From: an uncultured Marvinbryantia sp.
GTDB lineage: Bacteria; Bacillota; Clostridia; Lachnospirales; Lachnospiraceae
DNA length: 64,000 nucleotides
NCBI GenBank assembly: GCA_964487425.1
Contig: CAZAQD010000004.1
Location: 7,063-71,062, forward strand
Direction of reading: 5' to 3'
Shown here one piece after another: positions 57,531 to 64,000 of the stretch; within the stretch, counting starts at the first letter, position 1, and each line of letters starts with the position of its first letter. A program made the translations under genes and the position numbers. Under the pieces are notes generated by a model that was given only the letters and a program-made list of their open reading frames with translations, had not been told where the DNA came from and made no database searches.

Positions 57531-58060
57531 TCCCTGGACAATAAATCTTTTTTCAGCCCGTCCAGATAGGGAACCAGCACGCCGTGCCCCTGATGCAGAC
57601 GGTATTCCTGATCCAGCTCCTCATAATGGAAGCTCTTTCTGCCGCCGCTTTCTTTCCGGTCCCAGAAACGTTTCATATCTGCATAAGGAAGGTAAAACAT
57701 CTCATCCCTTCTGGTATAAAAAATAATCAGAAATGCGACGCCTCCCTGCCTCTCAAAATCGGTCATGAACTGTACCTGGTGCGCATGGATATTCTGCAGG
57801 GCAAAGGTGTCGCTGGTACACTCTTTCGCATCAAAGCACACCGGAATCCCCTGCACACAGCCAATATAATCCACGGTACTTTTCTGGTCAAAATATGCCA
57901 GTGTAATGTGGCGGCTCTCTTTTTCAATCTGAATCGGGGTGATCGGCGTCGGAATCTTCTGCATCAGAGCCAGCCCCTTCTCCAGATAAGCCTCATTTGA
58001 ACGATTGATTAAATCTTCCAATAAAGAACCTCTAAGTCCTCTGGAATTCCATGTTGCCAT
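57527..58060 (-). CDS. recU: Holliday junction resolvase RecU
   Basis: RG..LE..IN, KIPTP, STVDYIG, FDAKE and HAHQ motifs. Confidence 0.93.
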   Translation of the reverse strand: MATWNSRGLRGSLLEDLINRSNEAYLEKGLALMQKIPTPITPIQIEKESRHITLAYFDQKSTVDYIGCVQGIPVCFDAKECTSDTFALQNIHAHQVQFMTDFERQGGVAFLIIFYTRRDEMFYLPYADMKRFWDRKESGGRKSFHYEELDQEYRLHQGHGVLVPYLDGLKKDLLSRD

Positions 58061-59030
58061 ATCCGCATCCTTTCCCAGCCTTTATAAATTCTTTCGGCAA
58101 CTGTGCCATAAACGTCCTGCCGGAGAGATAGGCAAGCTTTCCCTCCATCTGGGGCATCACGATTTTGCCGCAATGCAGAAGCTGGCTGCCAATGCCGTAC
58201 TTCCCGCTATAAAAGCGGTTTATCTGCCCATCGCCATATTTGGCGTCGCCGATGATCGGATGCCCGATACTTTTCAGGTGCGCGCGAATCTGATGGGAAC
58301 GCCCGGTAATCAGCAAAACCTCCAGAAAGGTCGTATCATTTTTTTGCTGAAGCGGCGTATATTCCGTTATCACCGGTTTTGCCCCGGGAATCTGGTTTTC
58401 CAGAACCGTCACTGTATTTTTCTGTTCATCCTTAATCAGGTAGCCTTCTATGCGCCGCCTTTGGGAAAGGCAGCCTGATACCAGGCAGTAATAATATTTA
58501 TGGATGGTACGCGCCTTCAGAACTTCCGACATCACCTGAAGCCCAGCCAGCGTCTTGCCCGCAATCACCATCCCACTGGTGCACATATCCAGCCGGTTGC
58601 AGACAGACGGGCGGAAGGTCCGCAGCTCTTCCTCTGTTATCTCACCCTTTTTTAAAAGATAGGCAATCAGCATCTCGTTGACGGAAATATCCTCCGGCTT
58701 TGCCTTCTGCGACAGCACGCCCGCCGGCTTATTATAGAGCAGGATATGGCGGTCCTCATAGACAATCCGTTCCTTTTCCAGGCTGTTAGCAGCAGCCTGC
58801 CTGGACTTCCCGTCGGAAAATCTGGCATACGTCTCCTCAGACAGAAAGATGCGGATGACGTCATCTTTTACCGTCTGTTCCATGCCCTTTGCCTTTTTGC
58901 CGTTGAGGGTAATATTTTTCTTGCGCAGCATCTTATATAAAAAGCTTTTCGGCGCTTTATCCAGATACTTTGAAAGCAGCTTATCCAAACGCTGTCCCGC
59001 TTCGTTTTCTTTTACAATAATCTCTTTCAT
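58032..59030 (-). CDS. RluA-family pseudouridine synthase (RluC-like)
   Basis: S4 domain GQRLDK, NKPAG, NRLD and TGRSHQIRAH motifs. Confidence 0.92.
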   Translation of the reverse strand: MKEIIVKENEAGQRLDKLLSKYLDKAPKSFLYKMLRKKNITLNGKKAKGMEQTVKDDVIRIFLSEETYARFSDGKSRQAAANSLEKERIVYEDRHILLYNKPAGVLSQKAKPEDISVNEMLIAYLLKKGEITEEELRTFRPSVCNRLDMCTSGMVIAGKTLAGLQVMSEVLKARTIHKYYYCLVSGCLSQRRRIEGYLIKDEQKNTVTVLENQIPGAKPVITEYTPLQQKNDTTFLEVLLITGRSHQIRAHLKSIGHPIIGDAKYGDGQINRFYSGKYGIGSQLLHCGKIVMPQMEGKLAYLSGRTFMAQLPKEFIKAGKGCGYGNMEFQRT

Positions 59031-59040
59031 GTATGCGCTC

Positions 59041-59649
59041 CTAAACAGAAATTGCCATAATGATATGCTTGACGAGCTCATTTCTTGAAAGCTCGGGATA
59101 TTTTTCATCAGGCGTAAAGGAAATGGACGCTTCCTGCTCTTCATGGTTGGGATACAGCTCGTCCAGCCTTTTCAGAAATGGCTTTAAGTCTTTAAACACC
59201 TTCACGTTGGCACGGTAGCCGTTCCCCTGCAAAATCTTTTTGATATGCGTCTCCGCAAATGACGCGTCCACTTTCGTAACGTCGCAATAGCAGACTACAT
59301 TCAACCCGGTAATTACGATACAGGGCATCGGGATATTTTTTTCATAGGAGCTTACCGTCCCCTCATAAATAGCCGTCATATCCCTGACATGCTCTTTTAG
59401 CTGACCATAGAGCTCCGGGGACATGGATTTTTGCAGGCAGATCAGAATCATGCTCACAGCGCATTTTGCCGCCGGGAGGCAGCCCATGATCGCCACAAAC
59501 GTAAACAAATTTTTTCTTGTGCCGGTCTGCAGTAAGCCGGTCAGATAAATCACCAGCGGGATGGCAAATGCGATCACTGTAATCAGAATCCGCTTCTTTT
59601 TTTCATATCCGATATAACCAAAATCACCTTTTTTTACTTTCTTCATCAT
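59041..59649 (-). CDS. Hypothetical membrane protein
   Basis: Two N-terminal TM segments then a soluble domain; start overlaps the ygiQ-like stop. Confidence 0.75.
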   Translation of the reverse strand: MMKKVKKGDFGYIGYEKKKRILITVIAFAIPLVIYLTGLLQTGTRKNLFTFVAIMGCLPAAKCAVSMILICLQKSMSPELYGQLKEHVRDMTAIYEGTVSSYEKNIPMPCIVITGLNVVCYCDVTKVDASFAETHIKKILQGNGYRANVKVFKDLKPFLKRLDELYPNHEEQEASISFTPDEKYPELSRNELVKHIIMAISV

Positions 59650-61550
59650 GATCCCTTCTTCTTATGCACATTGCGAATGGTTTTCTTCCTTTTCACGCCC
59701 GTATGGTTTCTGCCTTTGTGCGCCAGTTCCTGTTTTTTCAGCGCCAGTTCTTCCTTCCTGGGGCGGATCAGGCACTTCTTGTCAAACCCGATCAGGTCTG
59801 TGCGATGCGCTTTTTCCAGCGCTTCCCGCACCAGCTCATAGTTTTTGGGATTGCGGTATTGGATCAGCGCCCTCTGCATCGCCTTTTCATGCGGATTGAC
59901 CGGCACATACACCTTTTCCATCGTCCGCGGATCCACCCCTGTATAATACATACAGGTTGAAATCGTTGAGGGCGTAGGATAAAAGTCCTGCACCTGCTCC
60001 GGCATATATCCGAGGTCCCGCAGGTATTCCGCCAGATCTACCGCTTCCTTCAAGGTAGAACCGGGGTGTGAGGACATCAGGTACGGAACCAGAAATTGAT
60101 TTTTATTGCACTCCTTATTTAATGCCTTATACTTTGCTACAAATTTCTGATAGACATCGTTTGATGGCTTCCCCATCTTTGAGAGCACTTTATCGGAAAT
60201 ATGCTCCGGGGCAACCTTTAGCTGTCCGCTTATATGATGCTCCACCAGCTCACGGAAAAAGGAATCATCCTCATCTGCCAGCAAATAATCAAAACGGATT
60301 CCCGATCGGATAAAGACTTTTTTCACATTCGGCAGGGCGCGCAGCGCACGCAAAAGCTTCCGGTAATCGCTGTGATCCGCTACGAGGTTTTTGCACGGCG
60401 TCGGAAACAGGCACTGCTTTTTCGGGCAGGCGCCCTTCCTCAATTGCTTTTCACACGCCGGCTGGCGGAAATTTGCCGTAGGCCCGCCTACATCATGGAT
60501 ATACCCCTTAAAATCCTTTTCCCATACAAATTTTGACGCCTCCGCAAGCAGGGATTCATGGCTGCGCGTCTGGATGATGCGTCCCTGATGGAAGGTCAGC
60601 GCACAGAAGCTGCATCCGCCAAAGCATCCACGGTTGCTTGTCAGGGAAAATTTCACCTCTTCAATTGCCGGAACGCCGCCCGCCGCTTCATAAGACGGAT
60701 GGTATGTCCGCATATAGCCCAACCCGTAGACGCGATCCATTTCCGCCTGGCTTAGGGGCTTCTGCGGCGGATTCTGCACCACATACTGTCCGTTGGGATA
60801 CGGCTCCACCAGGCGCCTGCCCGAAAACGGGTCCGTGTTGCAATACTGCGTATAAAAGCTTTTGGCATAATTCAGCCTGTCCGCCTTTAATTCTTCAAAA
60901 GACTCCAGCATAACCGCGTCATAGACGCCTGATAAATCCTTTGTCTTGTATACTGTCCCATCTATAAAAGTAATATCTTTGATATCAATTCCGGCATTTA
61001 AGGCATCCGCGATCTCCACGATAGAACGCTCGCCCATTCCGTAGGAAATCAGGTCCGCACCGGAATCTAACAGAATCGAACGCTTTAAGGAATCCGACCA
61101 GTAATCATAATGCGCCAGGCGCCGCAGGCTTGCCTCTATACCGCCGATAATGACCGGGATTGTGCGGTAGGTCTGCCGGATCAGGTTACAGTAAACCGTC
61201 ACCGCGTGGTCGGGGCGTTTGCCCATCACACCACCGGGCGTAAATGCGTCGCTCTTTCTTCTCTTTTTTGATACCGTATAATGATTCACCATCGAATCCA
61301 TATTGCCTGAGGAGACTAAAAAGCCAAGCCGCGGCGTTCCCAGAACAGAGATGCTTTCTTTCTTTTTCCAGTCCGGCTGGGAGATAATCCCCACCTTGTA
61401 TCCATTCGCTTCCAGAACGCGGCTGATTACCGCATGCGCAAAAGAGGGATGATCCACGTAGGCATCACCCGTGATATATACAAAATCCAGTTGTTCTATG
61501 CCGAGCCTTTCCATATCCGCACGGGATACCGGCAAAAAAGCATTCTCCAT
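59646..61550 (-). CDS. YgiQ/UPF0313 radical SAM protein
   Basis: [39 protein letters not shown] and QVQDFYPTP motifs. Confidence 0.93.
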   Translation of the reverse strand: MENAFLPVSRADMERLGIEQLDFVYITGDAYVDHPSFAHAVISRVLEANGYKVGIISQPDWKKKESISVLGTPRLGFLVSSGNMDSMVNHYTVSKKRRKSDAFTPGGVMGKRPDHAVTVYCNLIRQTYRTIPVIIGGIEASLRRLAHYDYWSDSLKRSILLDSGADLISYGMGERSIVEIADALNAGIDIKDITFIDGTVYKTKDLSGVYDAVMLESFEELKADRLNYAKSFYTQYCNTDPFSGRRLVEPYPNGQYVVQNPPQKPLSQAEMDRVYGLGYMRTYHPSYEAAGGVPAIEEVKFSLTSNRGCFGGCSFCALTFHQGRIIQTRSHESLLAEASKFVWEKDFKGYIHDVGGPTANFRQPACEKQLRKGACPKKQCLFPTPCKNLVADHSDYRKLLRALRALPNVKKVFIRSGIRFDYLLADEDDSFFRELVEHHISGQLKVAPEHISDKVLSKMGKPSNDVYQKFVAKYKALNKECNKNQFLVPYLMSSHPGSTLKEAVDLAEYLRDLGYMPEQVQDFYPTPSTISTCMYYTGVDPRTMEKVYVPVNPHEKAMQRALIQYRNPKNYELVREALEKAHRTDLIGFDKKCLIRPRKEELALKKQELAHKGRNHTGVKRKKTIRNVHKKKGS

Positions 61551-61560
61551 TCTCCGTTCC

Positions 61561-62271
61561 TCAATTCTTCAATAGACTGATTTCTTCCTCTGTCAGCCGC
61601 CGGCACTCTCCCGGTCGCAGCTTCCCATCCAGGGCAAGCGCGCCCATCGATATTCTTTTCAAATATATTACTTCCTTGCCCGTCGCCTGAAACATCCGCT
61701 TTACCTGGCGGAATTTTCCTTCCTGTATCGTCACTTCCACCTCCGATAGCTCGCCGGACGCCAAAATCTTCAGCCTGGCGGGCATCGTCTTTTTCTTTTC
61801 GCCGATATCAAGCCCCGCGGCAAATTGGCGGACATCCTCATCCGTAACCGCGCCCTGTATTCTGGCAAAATAAGTTTTATCGACATGCTTTCCCGGCGCC
61901 AGAAGGCGGTGCGCCATTTCTCCGTCATTTGTGATAATAAGAAGCCCCTCCGTGTCCCTGTCAAGGCGCCCTACCGGAAACATGTCTTTATGGGGCTGCG
62001 GCACAAAATCCATTACGGTTTTATGCACATTGTCCCTGGTGGCAGTGACGCAACCCGCCGGTTTATTCATGACATAATAGACAAATCGCGGATTGCTCAC
62101 TAACTTTCCGTCGAAGGAGACGCAGTCACGCTCTTCGTCCACTTTCCGATCCACATGTTTACAGATTTCTCCATTTACGGCGATACGCCCCTTACGAATC
62201 AGATTTTTCACTTCCGTCCTGGTGCCGTTTCCGGCATTTGCCAGCATCCGATCCAGTCTTATCAAGCCCAT
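61561..62271 (-). CDS. RsuA-family pseudouridine synthase
   Basis: S4 domain, [18 protein letters not shown] and EGKF.QVKRMF motifs. Confidence 0.93.
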   Translation of the reverse strand: MGLIRLDRMLANAGNGTRTEVKNLIRKGRIAVNGEICKHVDRKVDEERDCVSFDGKLVSNPRFVYYVMNKPAGCVTATRDNVHKTVMDFVPQPHKDMFPVGRLDRDTEGLLIITNDGEMAHRLLAPGKHVDKTYFARIQGAVTDEDVRQFAAGLDIGEKKKTMPARLKILASGELSEVEVTIQEGKFRQVKRMFQATGKEVIYLKRISMGALALDGKLRPGECRRLTEEEISLLKN

Positions 62272-63612
62272 CTATCCCATTCTCCATCCAACATAATATT
62301 TATTGCGCAGGCTTTGATCCACACATTTTGCCCACCCGAGCGGATAACCGTCCACGCAGACAAGGCGCCAGCCCTTTTTCCCGCATGCCTCCTCGCGGCT
62401 AAGCTCCACCGTCTCTCCCTTCAGATAACGGATGACTCGCTCATCCGCAGCCTGCAAGGACAGGCTCTGCCTGCATTCCGTCATCCTCAAATTCATCGCC
62501 AGAGCCTGGCTTGGCTCGAAACGTTCTTTTTTGATGGTCCCCAGGAAAAGCCCGGTACGCAGGTAACGGACACCCTTTTTTATTTCCGCATCAGCCGGCA
62601 GCGCATATAGCCTTTCTTCCATCTGCACGATATTAAAATGTGAGAAGTCCCGTTCCAGATAAGCGTCGGCAAATTCCCTCCACGCTTTCGGCTCTTTCCC
62701 ACAAGCAGGCTTTGCCGGAAGCTCTTTTTTCCCGTTATCCGCTTCTGATCTGGCGAGCAATGCTGCGAAATGACCCTCGCCCTCTACACGGTGCGGAAAA
62801 ATACGAAGCATGCGCTCACCGGAAAACCCTTCGCAGCTTTCCATCGGCTGCAACGCAAACTCAGGGTAAGTATGCAAAAACCATTCGATCGTCCCCTCAT
62901 TTTCCAGCTTTGAAAAAGTGCAGGTGGAAAAAAGAATTGTCCCCGTCGGCTTTAACAGGCAGGCTGCCGCCGCCATGATCTGTTTTTGAATGGGGGCGTA
63001 ATAAGCCGGACCGTGCTCCCGGTAAGTTTTTAACATCGACGCGTCCCTGCGGAACATCCCCTCGCCGGAGCACGGGGCATCGATCAAGATTTTATCAAAA
63101 TATCCCGCATAATATTTCTGCAATTTTTCCGGCGCTTCGCTTGTCACCAGAATATTTCCTATGCCAAATAATTCCAGATTTTTCAGCAGTCCTTTTGCAC
63201 GGGAATTGCTGATATCGTTTGCCATTAACAGCCCGGTTTGCCCAAGCCGGCTGCCAAGCTCCGTCGCCTTCCCGCCGGGAGCGGCGCATAAATCCAGTAC
63301 TTTATCCCCAGGCTCAATTGGCAGGCGCGATGCCGGAAGCATGGCGCTTGGCTCCTGTACATAATAAAGCCCGGCATAGTAGTAAGGATGCTTTGTCACC
63401 GGTATGTCCTCCTCGACATAGAAGCCGTTTTTCACCCAGGGAACCGGGCAAATTGGAAAAGGAGCCTGACGCACAAACTCCTCCGCTGCAATTTTATTCG
63501 TGTTAATCCGAATCCCATGAAGGCTTTTTTGCTGAAGGCTGTTCAGATACTGCTCATATTCCACACCCAGAAGCGCTCTCATCGAATCCAGAAAATCCTT
63601 TGGTAACTCCAT
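62272..63612 (-). CDS. RsmF/RsmB (NOL1/NOP2) RNA m5C methyltransferase
   Basis: QEPSAM, DLCAAPGGK, DAPCSGEG and STCTF motifs, with RsmF-like C-terminal domains. Confidence 0.92.
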   Translation of the reverse strand: MELPKDFLDSMRALLGVEYEQYLNSLQQKSLHGIRINTNKIAAEEFVRQAPFPICPVPWVKNGFYVEEDIPVTKHPYYYAGLYYVQEPSAMLPASRLPIEPGDKVLDLCAAPGGKATELGSRLGQTGLLMANDISNSRAKGLLKNLELFGIGNILVTSEAPEKLQKYYAGYFDKILIDAPCSGEGMFRRDASMLKTYREHGPAYYAPIQKQIMAAAACLLKPTGTILFSTCTFSKLENEGTIEWFLHTYPEFALQPMESCEGFSGERMLRIFPHRVEGEGHFAALLARSEADNGKKELPAKPACGKEPKAWREFADAYLERDFSHFNIVQMEERLYALPADAEIKKGVRYLRTGLFLGTIKKERFEPSQALAMNLRMTECRQSLSLQAADERVIRYLKGETVELSREEACGKKGWRLVCVDGYPLGWAKCVDQSLRNKYYVGWRMG

Positions 63613-63634
63613 ATACTCCTCTTTCTGCCCGCAG

Positions 63635-64000
63635 TCATTGCTTATCTTCTTCAAAGGCAACGCCCTGAGCGCGGTATCCTTCCGCAATGATATCGAGCTG
63701 CTTATGAAAACGTTCCAGTTTTTCCATATCGTCCTCGCGGTATACCTCGTAGAATTCGTCCTGTATCTTCGCGATCTCTCTCTCATTTGCCAGCGTGTAC
63801 AGATTCTGAATGTTCAGAAGGATCTCCGAGACAAGGTTTGCCTGTATGCGCATGGAATTCTGGGCGTCCATAATCTCATCCCGCACCAGGGACATCTCAT
63901 TGTCCAGTAAAACAATCGCATCCGCAGATTTCAACAGCTTCTCCCGCAGATGTCCGGGAATATTATGCTTATATTTGTACTGCAGGGAATGCTCGATCGT
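63635..64000 (-). CDS. Small alarmone synthetase (RelP/RelQ-like GTP pyrophosphokinase), 5'-truncated by the window edge
   Basis: The frame is open to the window end: TIEHSLQYKY...L...A.....LD.EM..VRDEI, the C-terminal motif of this family. Confidence 0.8.
   Translation of the reverse strand, partial: TIEHSLQYKYKHNIPGHLREKLLKSADAIVLLDNEMSLVRDEIMDAQNSMRIQANLVSEILLNIQNLYTLANEREIAKIQDEFYEVYREDDMEKLERFHKQLDIIAEGYRAQGVAFEEDKQ

Noticed and set aside
58575-58602. NRLDMCTSG variant of the pseudouridine synthase motif
   Set aside because: The catalytic Asp and the preceding Arg are retained, so there is no evidence of inactivation.
1-64000. CRISPR arrays, tRNA/rRNA genes, IS elements and defence systems
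   Set aside because: None were seen. Intergenic gaps are short and mostly explained by promoters, terminators or the elements listed.

Overview
This is a 64-kb core-chromosome segment of a Clostridia-class Firmicute. The gene content and order look Lachnospiraceae-like (inference). It is almost all housekeeping: pro, miaB-mutSL-miaA, radC-mreBCD-pbp-minCDE-rodA-mgsA, yggS-sepF-ylmH, a split purH under a ZMP/ZTP riboswitch, lexA and yneA, rsfS-yqeK-nadD-yhbY-obgE-rpmA-prp-rplU, radical SAM genes, a split his operon, and RNA modification genes. I saw no prophage, IS transposase, CRISPR array, rRNA or tRNA. The main structural signal is a convergent strand switch at about 34.9 kb: all 34 called genes to the left are on +, and 30 of 32 to the right are on -. 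A lone Xer-type tyrosine recombinase and a near-palindromic dif-like site (AAATTACATAA-CTAAA-TTATGTAAACT) sit exactly at the switch. This is probably the replication terminus, with a possible single-recombinase dimer-resolution module. Other points of interest are a double-hairpin intergenic element with 9-bp direct repeats, three apparent pseudo-enzymes (a HisF-like barrel fused to HisIE, MgsA lacking its catalytic Asp, and a divergent MreB), and a small decayed gene missed by the ORF track. All family calls come from motif recognition by eye; no database search was run.
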